Positions 29,001 through 41,000 of a DNA stretch of 49,349 nt are shown here, piece by piece. The notes beneath the pieces were generated by a model that was given only the letters and a program-made list of their open reading frames with translations, had not been told where the DNA came from and searched no databases. The stretch comes from Nemertoderma westbladi (Eukaryota; Animalia; Xenacoelomorpha): contig JAUCBJ010003375.1 in NCBI GenBank assembly GCA_032718475.1, positions 1 to 49,349 of the forward strand, given 5' to 3'. How positions within the stretch are numbered: position 1 is the first letter of the stretch; each line of letters starts with the position of its first letter. Made by a program: the position numbers and the translations under genes.

Positions 29001-32000
29001 GACGAACACATCACTATTGTTTCGGAACTTTTAACCCGATGTCGTAACGCTTCAATAACTCTAAACCCTGACAAAATCGTTGTTGCGCAGCCAAGTGTAG
29101 AGTTTGCTGGCTATATTGTTGGCCACACTGGTGTCGAAGCTGATCCCAGCCGGGTATCAGCCTTCTCGGAATTCCCCATCCCAACGAACATCCGTGAGCT
29201 CCGCTTATTTTTTGGTTTAGTTAACCAACTCGGTGAGTTCTCCAATGAAATTGCCGCCGTTGCTGCTCCCTTACGACCGCTGCTGCAAACTCGCAACTCA
29301 TTTCTCTGGTTGGACGTGCACACCGCCGCCTTTAATGCCGTTAAACCTGCTTTGGTTTCCCCACCAGTGCTTTAACCTTTTAACCCTGCGTTGCCCACCG
29401 TCCACCGTCCTTCGCACGGATGCGTCTCGTCTCCAAGGCTTAGGATATGTGTTACTACAAAATCACAACGCTGATCTCAACTCACCTCCGAGCTGGCGTC
29501 TCATTCAATGTGGCTCTCGTTTCACAACTAATACCGAATCGCGCTACGCTATGTGTGAGCTTGAATTACTTGCTGTCGTATGGGCTGCATCAAAGTGCAA
29601 GTTATATCTCCAAGGCCTCACACACTTCGACATCGAAGTTGACCACAAACCATTAATTCCTATCCTCAACAGGTTCACCCTCGACCTCATTGAGAACCCC
29701 CGTCTCCAACGCCTCCGCGAGAAACTTGCCCCATATACGTTTACTGCTAAATGGGTCCCAGGGAAGGACAATCACTCAGCTGACGCTCTCTCACGAGCTC
29801 CTACCTCCGATCCGCAACCCAGTGATGAAGTATTATTCCATGATGACCACCACACAGCCGTCATCCAACGAGTCAGTGCTATAGATGATGAATCAGTCGC
29901 CGACGGACATCCCAGTCATGACCCTGCTCTCGACATCATCATCAACGCTGCTAAAACAGACATCCCCTACCAGGATCTGTACCATTACCTTGCCAATGGT
30001 AAAGACACTGATGACATACTGAAACAGTCAGTCCGTCAATATAAAAGTATACTACCGGAACTGTCAATCGACGGCGACCTCATTCTATATGGAGCCAGGA
30101 TCATTATCCCGAGTTCCATTCGTTGTGAAATCCTTAAGCGGTTACATGCCTCGCATCAAGGCATTGTTCGTACCAATCTCACGTAGATAAGTTACTAGTA
30201 TAAACCGAAGCCATTTTTTCTCTATTTGAATTCCTATTTTTTTTCCTATTTTTTGTATGAAATACCCCGTGAATCCCGTAACCTATAACACTGTGCTCTT
30301 CCATTTAATGGGAAATTGTAATAATTGATTTCCGTTCTATATTGGGGTGAGTGGCCTCGTGTCCACTGTCCAGTTCCCAGCGGATAGCCAATGTGAAGTA
30401 CGTTTGGTGCACAAGCCGTGACAGGGCTCGCGGTTATTACGATTAGCTCACTATAATGTGATCTATTTTTGAACCTTTTAGTCCCCCGAGGTATCTGAAG
30501 CGCCATCTACTGGGGTATAGAATGGATATCAACGGGAAGACATACTTAGTGACGTCACCGGACTCCCAGTCGTGCAGTCTCACTCAGTGCCACCCTGGGA
30601 AACTGTATAGCATTGTTCTGGTCGCTGTGACAACTACCTTGAAGAAGGAATGGAAAACGCAGGTGAGAAATCTGTATTGTTAATTGATCCAAAAGGAATC
30701 AATGGCTGTTTCATGTTGTATATGTGTAAGATGTATGGTCATATATGGGTGTATGGTTCATGCTGTTCAAATTTCGCTGTTAGATCCAACAAAGTATTTT
30801 GGAAGTGGGGGCTACAATACGATTTAGTTTCCGTTCCGAAATACGAAAATTCGAATTTATTGTTTTGGTTTTAAGATTAGGGCTGGCTTAGCGTAGTAGC
30901 TGCAACGGCTCTGGAATGTTACACCGTGCTGCAACGGCTCTGGAATGTTACACCGTGCTGCAACAGCTCTGGAATGTTACACCGTGCTGCAGCGGATCTG
31001 GAATGTTACACCGTGCTGCAGCGGATATGGAATGTTACACCGTGCTGCAACGGTTCTGGAATGTTAAACCGTGCTGCTGTGGCTCTGAAATGTTACACCG
31101 TGCTGCAGCAGCTCTGGAATGTTACACCGTGCTGCAACAGCTCTGGAATGTTACACCGTGCTGCAGTGGATCTGGAATGTTACACCGTGCTGCAACGGCT
31201 CTGGAATGTTAAACCGTGCTGCTGTGGCTCTGAAATGTTACACCGTGCTGCAGCAGCTCTGGAATGTTACACCGTGCTGCAGCGGATCGGGAATGTTACT
31301 CCGTGCTGCAGCGGCTCTGGAATCTTACACCGTGCTGCAGCGGCTCTGGAATGTTACACTGTGCTGCAGCGGATCTGGAATGTTACACTGTGCTGCAGCG
31401 GCTCTGGAATGTTACACTGTGCTGCAGCGGCTCTGGAATGTTATACCGTGCTGCAGCGGACTCTGGAATGTTACACCGTGCTGCAGCGGCTCTGGAATGT
31501 TACACTGTGCTGCAGCGGATCTGGAATGTTACACCGTGCTGCAACGGCTCTGGAATGTTAAACCGTGCTGCTGTGGCTCTGAAATGTTACACCGTGCTGC
31601 AGCAGCTCTGGAATGTTACACCGTGCTGCAGCGGATCGGGAATGTTACTCCGTGCTGCAACGGCTCTGGAATGTTAAACCGTGCTGCTGTGGCTCTGAAA
31701 TGTTACACCGTGCTGCAGCAGCTCTGGAATGTTACACTGTGCTGCAGCGGATCGGGAATGTTACTCCGTGCTGCAGCGGCTCTGGAATGTTACACCGTGC
31801 TGCAGCGGGTCTGGAATGTTACACTGTGCTGCAGCGGATCTGGAATGTTACACTGTGCTGCAGCGGCTCTGGAATGTTACACTGTGCTGCAGCGGCTCTG
31901 GAATGTTATACCGTGCTGCAGCGGACTCTGGAATGTTACACCGTGCTGCAGCGGCTCTGGAATGTTACACTGTGCTGCAGCGGATCTGGAATGTTACACC

Positions 32001-35000
32001 GTGCTGCAACGGCTCTGGAATGTTAAACCGTGCTGCTGTGGCTCTGAAATGTTACACCGTGCTGCAGCAGCTCTGGAATGTTACACCGTGCTGCAGCGGA
32101 TCGGGAATGTTACTCCGTGCTGCAGCGGCTCTGGAATGTTACACCGTGCTGCAGCGGCTCTGGAATGTTACACTGTGCTGCAGCGGATCTGGAATGTTAC
32201 ACTGTGCTGTAGCGGCTCTGGAATGTTACACTGTGCTGCAGCGGCTCTGGAATGTTATACCGTGCTGCAGCGGACTCTGGAATGTTACACCGTGCTGCAG
32301 CGGCTCTGGAATGTTACACTGTGCTGCAGCGGATCTGGAATGTTACACTGTGCTGCAGCGGATCTGGAATGTTACACCGTGCTGCAGCGGATCTGGAATG
32401 TTACACCGTGCTGCAGCGGATCTGGAATGTTACACCGTGCTGCAACGGCTCTGGAATGTTACACCGTGCTGCAACAGCTCTGGAATGTTACACCGTGCTG
32501 CAGCGGATCTGGAATGTTACACCGTGCTGCAACGGCTCTGGAATGTTACACCGTGCTGCTGTGGCTCTGAAATGTTACACCGTGCTGCAGCAGCTCTGGA
32601 ATGTTACACCGTGCTGCAGCGGATCGGGAATGCTACTCCGTGCTGCAGCGGCTCTGGAATGTTACACTGTGCTGCAGCGGATATGGAATGTTACACCGTG
32701 CTGCAGAGGATCTGGAATGTTACACAGTGCTGCAGCGGATCTGGAATGTTACACCGTGCTGCAGCGGCTCTGGAATGTTACACCGTGCTGCAGCGGATCT
32801 GGAATGTTACACCGTGCTGCAGCGGCTCTGGAATGTTACACCGTGCTGCAGCGGCTCTGGAATGTTACACTGTGCTGCAGCGGATCTGGAATGTTACACT
32901 GTGCTGCAGCGGCTCTGGAATGTTACACCGTGCTGCAGCGGATCTGGAATGTTATACCGTGCTGTAGCGGCTCTGGAATGTTACACCGTGCTGCAGCGGC
33001 TCTGGAATGTTACACCGTGCTGCAGCGGCTCTGGAATGTTACACTGTGCTGCAGCGGATCTGGAATGTTACACTGTGCTGCAGCGGATCTGGAATGTTAC
33101 ACCGTGCTGCAGCGGATCTGGAATGTTACACCGTGCTGCAGCGGATCTGGAATGTTACACCGTGCTGCAACGGCTCTGGAATGTTACACCGTGCTGCAAC
33201 AGCTCTGGAATGTTACACCGTGCTGCAGCGGATCTGGAATGTTACACCGTGCTGCAACGGCTCTGGAATGTTACACCGTGCTGCTGTGGCTCTGAAATGT
33301 TACACCGTGCTGCAGCAGCTCTGGAATGTTACACCGTGCTGCAGCGGATCGGGAATGCTACTCCGTGCTGCAGCGGCTCTGGAATGTTACACTGTGCTGC
33401 AGCGGATCTGGAATGTTACACCGTGCTGCAGAGGATCTGGAATGTTACACAGTGCTGCAGCGGATCTGGAATGTTACACCGTGCTGCAGCGGCTCTGGAA
33501 TGTTACACCGTGCTGCAGCGGATCTGGAATGTTACACCGTGCTGCAGCGGCTCTGGAATGTTACACTGTGCTGCAGCGGATCTGGAATGTTACACTGTGC
33601 TGCAGCGGCTCTGGAATGTTACACTGTGCTGCAGCGGCTCTGGAATGTTATACCGTGCTGCAGCGGACTCTGGAATGTTACACCGTGCTGCAGCGACTCT
33701 GGAATGTTACACCGTGCTGCAGCGGCTCTGGAATGTTACACTGTGCTGCAGCGGATCTGGAATGTTACACTGTGCTGCAGCGGATCTGGAATGTTACACT
33801 GTGCTGCAGCGGCTCTGGAATGTTACAGTGTGCTGCAGCGGATCTGGAATGTTACACCGTGCTGAAGCGGATCTGGAATGTTACACCGTGCTGCAGCGGC
33901 TCTGGAATGTTACACCGTGCTGCAGCGGCTCTGGAATGTTACACTGTGCTGCAGCGGATCTGGAATGTTACACCGTGCTGCAGCGGATCTGGAATGTTAC
34001 ACCGTGCTGTAGCGGCTCTGGAATGTTACACCGTGCTGCAGCGGCTCTGGAATGTTACACCGTGCTGCAGCGGATCTGGAATGTTACACCGTGCTGCAGC
34101 GGATCTGGAATGTTGCACCGTGCTACAGCGGCTCTGGAATGTTACACCGTGCTGCAGCGGATCTGGAATGTTACACCGTGCTGTAGCGGCTCTGGAATGT
34201 TACACCGTGCTGCAGCGGCTCTGGAATGTTACACCGTGCTGCAGCGGATCTGGAATGTTACACCGTGCTGCAGCGGATCTGGAATGTTACACCGTGCTGC
34301 AACAGCTCTGGAATGTTACACCGTGCTGCAGCGGCACTGGAATGTTACACCATGCTGAAGCGGCTCCGTGCTGCAGCGGATCTGGAATGTTACACCGTGC
34401 TGCAGCGGCTCTGGAATGTTACACCGTGCTGCAGCGGATCTGGAATGTTATTCCGTGCTGCAGCGGATCTGGAATGTTACACCCTGCTGCAGCGGCTCTG
34501 GAATGTTACACCGTGCTGCAGCGGCTCTGGAATGTTACACCGTGCTGCAGCCGATCTGAAATGTTACTCCGTGCTGCAACAGCTCTGGAATGTTACACCG
34601 TGCTGCAGCGGATCTGGAATGTTACACCGTGCTGCAGCGGATCTGGAATATTACAACGTGCTGCATGCGGATCTGGACTGTTACACCGTGCTGCAGCGGC
34701 TCTGGAATGTTACACCGTGCTGCAGCGGATCTGGAATGTTACACCGTGCTGCTGCGGATCTGGAATGTTACAACGTGCTGCTGCGGCTCTGAAATGTTAC
34801 ACCGTGCTGCAGCGGCTCTGGAATGTTACACCGTGCTGCAGCGGATCTGGAATGTTACAACGTGCTGCAGCGGATCTGGAATGTTACACCGTGCTGCAGC
34901 GTATCTGGAATGTTACATCATGCTGCAGCGGCTCCGTGCTGCAGCGGATATGGAATGTTACACCGTGCTGCAGCGGATCTGGAATGTTACACCATGCTGC

Positions 35001-38000
35001 AGCGGCTCCGTGCTGCAGCGAATACGGAATGTTACACAGTGCTGCAGCGGATCTGGAATCTTACACCATGCTGCAGCGGCTTCGTGCTGCAGCGGATCTG
35101 GAATGTTACACCATGCTGCAGCGGCTCCGTACTGCAGCGGATGTGGAATGTTACACCGTGCTGCAGCGGCTCTGGAATGTTACACCAGGCTGCAGCGGCT
35201 CCGTGATGCAGCGGATCTGGAATGTTAGTTACACAGTGCTGCAGAGGCTGTGGAATGTTACACCATGCTGCAGCGGCTCTAGAATGTTACACCATGCTGC
35301 AGAGGCTCCGTGCTGCAGCGGATCTGGAATGATACACCGTGCTGCAGCGGATCTGGAATGTTACACCGTGATGCAGCGGATCTGGAATGTTACACCGTGC
35401 TGCAGCGGATCTGGAAAGTTACACCGTGCTGCAGCGGATCTGGAATGTTACACTGTGCTGCAGCGGCTCCGTGCTGCAGCGGATCTGGAATGTTACACCA
35501 TGCTGCAGCGGCTCCGTACTGCAGCGGATCTGGAATGTTACACCGTGCTGCAGCGGATCTGGAATGTTACACCGTGCTGCAGCGTATCTGGAATGTTACA
35601 TCATGCTGCAGCGGCTCCGTGCTGCAGCGGATATGGAATGTTACACCGTGCTGCAGCGGATCTGGAATGTTACACCATGCTGCAGCGGCTCCGTGCTGCA
35701 GCGGATCTGGAATGTTACAACGTGCTGCAGCGGATCTGGAATGTTACACCGTGCTGCAGCGTATCTGGAATGTTACATCATGCTGCAACGGCTCCGTGCT
35801 GCAGCGGATATGGAATGTTACACCGTGCTGCAGCGGATCTGGAATGTTACACCATGCTGCAGCGGCTCCGTGCTGCAGCGAATACGGAATGTTACAGTGC
35901 TGCAGCGGATCTGGAATGTTACACCATGCTGCAGCGGCTTCGTGCTGCAGCGGATCTGGAATGTTACACCATGCTGCAGCGGCTCCGTACTGCAGCGGAT
36001 GTGGAATGTTACACCGTGCTGCAGCGGCTCTGGAATGTTACACCAGGCTGCAGCGGCTCCGTGATGCAGCGGATCTGGAATGTTAGTTACACAGTGCTGC
36101 AGAGGCTGTGGAATGTTACACCATGCTGCAGCGGCTCTAGAATGTTACACCATGCTGCAGAGGCTCCGTGCTGCAGCGGATCTGGAATGATACACCGTGA
36201 TGCAGCGGATCTGGAATGTTACACCGTGATGCAGCGGATCTGGAATGTTACACCGTGCTGCAGCGGATCTGGAAAGTTACACCGTGCTGCAGCGGATCTG
36301 GAATGTTACACTGTGCTGCAGCGGCTCCGTGCTGCAGCGGATCTGGAATGTTACACCATGCTGCAGCGGCTCCGTACTGCAGCGGATCTGGAATGTTACA
36401 CCGTGCTGCAGCGGCTCTGGAATGTTACACCAGGCTGCAGCGGCTCCGTGCTGCAGCGGATCTGGAATGTTAGTTACACCGTGCTGCAGAGGCTGTGGAA
36501 TGTTACACCATGCTGCAGCGGCTCTAGAATGTTACACCATGCTGCAGAGGCACCGTGCTGCAGCGGATCTGGAATGATACACCGTGCTGCAGCGGATCTG
36601 GAATGTTACACCGTGTTGCAGCGGATCTGGAATGATACACCGTGCTGCAGCGGATCTGGAATGTTACACCGTGATGCAGCGGATCTGGAATGTTACACCG
36701 TGATGCAGCGGATCTGGAATGTTACACCGTGCTGCAGCGGATCTGGAAAGTTACACAGTGCTGCAGCGGATCTGGAATGTTACACCATGCTGCAGCGGCT
36801 CCGTGCTGCAGCGGATCTGGAATGTTACACCATGCTGCAGCGGCTCCGTACTGCAGCGGATCTGGAATGTTACACCGTGCTGCAGCGGCTCTGGAATGTT
36901 ACACCAGGCTGCAGCGGCACCGTGCTGCAGCGGATCTGGAATGTTGGTTACACCGTGCTGCAGAGGCTGTGGAATGTTACACCATGCTGCAGAGGCTCCG
37001 TGCTGCAGCGGATTTGGAATGATACACCGTGCTGCAGCGGATCTGGAATGTTACACCGTGATGCAGCGGATCTGTAATGTTACACCGTGATGCAGCGGAT
37101 CTGGAATGATACACCGTGCTGCAGCGGATCTGGAATGTTACACCGTGATTCAGCGGATCTGGAATGTTACACTGTGCTGCAGCGGATCTGGAATGTTACA
37201 CCGTGATTCAGCGGATCTGGAATGTTACACTGTGCTGCAGCGGATCTGGAAAGTTACACCGTGCTGCAGCGGATCTGGAATGTTACACCGTGATGCAGCG
37301 GATCTGGAATGTTACACCGTGCTGCAGCGGCTCCGTGCTTCAGCAGATCTGGAATGTTACATACTGCTGCAGCGGCTCGCTCTCCTAAAGTATAAATTAT
37401 ATTTTCCTCACCAATATCGGATCGTTCCTTACAGTTATCAGAACTGAAAAAAACACAACTCACCTTGGGACTTTCCTACAGGGGTTTTCTAGGTCTGTGA
37501 CTTCATTTCCGATGTAAATTTTCAAATTTTACTTTGTATGCTTGTTGGTATGTCCGTAAAAATATAACCGTCAACTAGACAGGCAAATGGTCAGTTTGGA
37601 AGCAATTAAATGCGAAAAATGGAAATCAATTCAGCAACCAGGAAATCCCACAGCATAACCTTCAGGTAAGCAGTGTGCTTTTCTTTGTTACTTTGACAGA
37701 CAAACCGGTCGGAACGACAGACAGACTGACTGATTCAATTTCGTTAAATTTTAAAATATCGGAAATTAAATCAGCGACCAGGAAAACCCCCATAGCGATA
37801 ACTTCTCAAGATCGTGTGCTTTCTTACTAAGTGGGTACAATCCTCGGTATATTAACAGATATTATTCTGACAGACAGTTTTGCTCGGGTTAAAACTCTTT
37901 ACAATTATTTCGGAATGCCATCTTTACACTTTTGAATCGCTAGTTTTCAACCAATTTGTATGTTTTTGATATCAAATTAAAAATATCGTGTGCGCAACAT

Positions 38001-41000
38001 AAAATATATTAAGTTTTTTTTTTTGGTTTTGCGATTGATATAAAACTTGATTTACGAAAAATAACAGGGCTTTCTTGAAAAATTTAAATTTATTTTAAGA
38101 AATAGCGGAATGTTCCTTGAAATTTACAAAGCAAAAATTGAGCACGATTTTTGGAAAAACTTTCAATTCAATATACCAAAATTGTATCTTTCATAAGTAA
38201 TCCTTACTTATTACATATCTAACGTATAAAGTAATTTTCTCATTAACCGTTTAGGTACATCGGCAGTCCATAACGGAACTGGACTTGCACACCGAACCGC
38301 CACCCGTGACGAAGTACAGCGGTAACCAAGGTGATGAAACGCCGTCACAACCCGTCGTATTAGTTATGCCGGAACGCGACAATCCCGGACAGATATTGGA
38401 GTTGAATGTGAAACCGATACCGTCGAAGTGAGTTGAAATTGGTCTTACAAAGAGATTATATGACTCATCATAAAGTGCGCGGTCTGTTGTTCTTTTTCGC
38501 GGCTCCGATGGTGGTTTAGTTCGCACCAGTGTCTCCAGAGGTCGTTGGTTGGTTCGAATGGTTCCTGAAAATATTAATAAATTAATTGCTGTGGGATGGA
38601 GTGGCGGTATATTAAAGTATTCGAATAGTATGATAACGTTTGCCAGACTTTGTGTGTATATTCATTCAATGTAGTCCCTGGTCAAATAAAATCTAATAAA
38701 ACGTTTCTTTCTACATTGATATTGTGCTACTGCGGGTTATTATGTAGCTTTGGCGTAAAGAAACATTATTATTTAATTATTTTGTTTTATCTAGGAAAGC
38801 TAATGAACCGGGTTCATTAAGGACTAATTGGGTCATTGATGATTCATGGATTTCGCTGATTCGCGAATTCAAAATCACCTGGTCTATCCTTGACGACGAT
38901 GACCTTAACGATTCACAATCCATGGTTGTATCTGTCATTAAGTCAAATATATCGCAGAGTCTTCCGATAAATCAATTGACGTTAGTTAAATATTTTAGAA
39001 TTTATATTTTCATTGAAAACACCGGGAGTATTTAATTGAAATATATTAATATAAGTTGGCAATTAAGGATTGAACTTTATTACAATTTTGGCTCTCTAAT
39101 AAAATAATATCATAAAATAGTCAATATGAATAGGATCTTTGGGAAAAGTAAAAGTAATTAATAGTAAATTTTCTTCGGCCGTTAGGCCAGAGATTACGAA
39201 CGAAGTTGATGACTTCCAGTGCGGTCGCCCCAGAACTACGGTATACATCCATGGGAAACACCATTACTCATTTAGCTACCACTTTAGGATGCAAGGCTGA
39301 GATGCGCCCTGGATAGTCCCTAATGCATTCGTGCCGAAACGAAAACTGCCCTGGCCCGTGTGAGGTTCGAACCAACGACCTACGAGGGATGTGAACTCAA
39401 TGCAACCACTACACCAAGGTGGAACCAAAATTTGAAAATAATTTTAGTGATTGATTTTAAAATTATTTGATTTAAAATTGGGGGTGGGGGGTGGGGGGGG
39501 GGGGGTAGCACCCCCCTATTTTGGAAATTAACAAAAAAGTTTTTTATTCTATCATGTGCCGAATTTAATGGAGATTTCAAATCTGCAAGCAGTTTTCTCA
39601 TATCTTTTCTCAAACTCAAGTTATTACCCAAAACGTAAGAGCTTGTCTCATTTTTGAAAAACCTTCGAGCAGCACTATATTTTACAATTGCAAGGGGCCC
39701 TTTTCATGAAAAAGGCTCTCACGGTAGAGATATGAATAAAATTGCTAGAAAATTGTTTTACTAGTTCTATGTTTAGCAAGCATGAAAAATTTCGTTGAAT
39801 TTCAATAATTTTTGACAAAGTTATTGTTGAACATAGAAAAATGGTATTATCTAAAATAGCGGGAAGGTTTGAATTGTTCCTTAAACTTTAAACACCCATA
39901 TCTCAGAATGGCGTATTTTCATGTAAAAGACTATTTCTCCGCCAATTTTAACTGAAATTAGTTGAAATTTGGTACACTTGTTAAGATTACCATTCTCCAT
40001 ACTTCTTCTGAACAAATGTGGTTGAAATTGCCCTGGAGCCTTTTTATATCAAAAAGGCCAAAAAAAAGCCCTTTTTTGGGACCTTTTTGTTCTAAAAAGG
40101 CTCCAGAGCATTTGAAGCAAAATTTGTTCTGAAGAATTGGATGCAGGGTTCTTCTGAACCTATATCCCGAATTTCGACAAATTTCAACAAATATTGGTGG
40201 AAAAATAGGGCCATTACGGATCCATTTTGGGGCCAATTTTAAAAATATTTTGTTTGGTTATTTTCACACAGTCCAGACGATGTTTAGTAACACAAAAAAT
40301 AATTTTCACCCAATTTTGTAGTCCAGAGACACAAATGTGTGAGGTTCAATTTGGGGGTGCTACCCCCCCCCCCCCCCCCTCTTTAATCAGAAACTAGAAT
40401 TTTTCGCTCGCTTCCATTTCTAAAATATTCACATATACATCTATATATATATATACATAACATAACATAACGTATAACATAACGATATACATAATTTAAT
40501 ATTAATATAGCTAGTACATTTCTATTAATGTTAAAAAAGTTTTTTTTGGATAGACCCACCCCATGTTGGTTAGACTCACCCCATGTTGGTTAGACCTTTT
40601 ATACATTTTGAATCGACTGTTAATTTGTTTAGGGGAGTTTACAACGTTCACATAGAATCCCTGCTGCACTCTGATAGCCCCAATGGTTTCGTTGAGCCCA
40701 CCAACCAACCCGTCCAATGCCCGCTGCCCTCCCCGCCAGACCCTCCGGTTATTTGGTTACATAGCTGCACCCCAGACGAGTTCAGTATCGAATGGGGTCA
40801 ACCACGTATCCATGGTAACATCGGTGTCAAAGGATATCAGGTACTTTTTATTAGTATTACATTTTTATTAGATTCCAATTACATAATGGAATCCGTATTA
40901 TTAAATCTGGAAATTAAATATGGCAAACACCAACATGAATATGTCAATCTGTTGTTCTATAGGTATTTCATAGCTAATATAAAATAAATATACCCTGCGA

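Larger units (their letters stand above)
26976..30183. mobile_element. Degenerate, rearranged Ty3/Gypsy LTR retrotransposon (Mag-like)
   Basis: Minus strand: 5' LTR remnant 28433-28475, PBS TGGCGCAGT, gag-like N-terminus, integrase C-terminus, PPT and 3' LTR. Plus strand: RT, RNase H and start of integrase at 28485-30186. Confidence 0.9.

Noticed and set aside
30916-37447. Long Cys-rich ORFs of up to 1356 aa
   Set aside because: They translate a 29-bp satellite that is open in all three frames, and the region is intronic between exons 13 and 14.
38500-38562. tRNA-like A/B box sequence
   Set aside because: It is too degenerate and forms no cloverleaf; at most a SINE relic.
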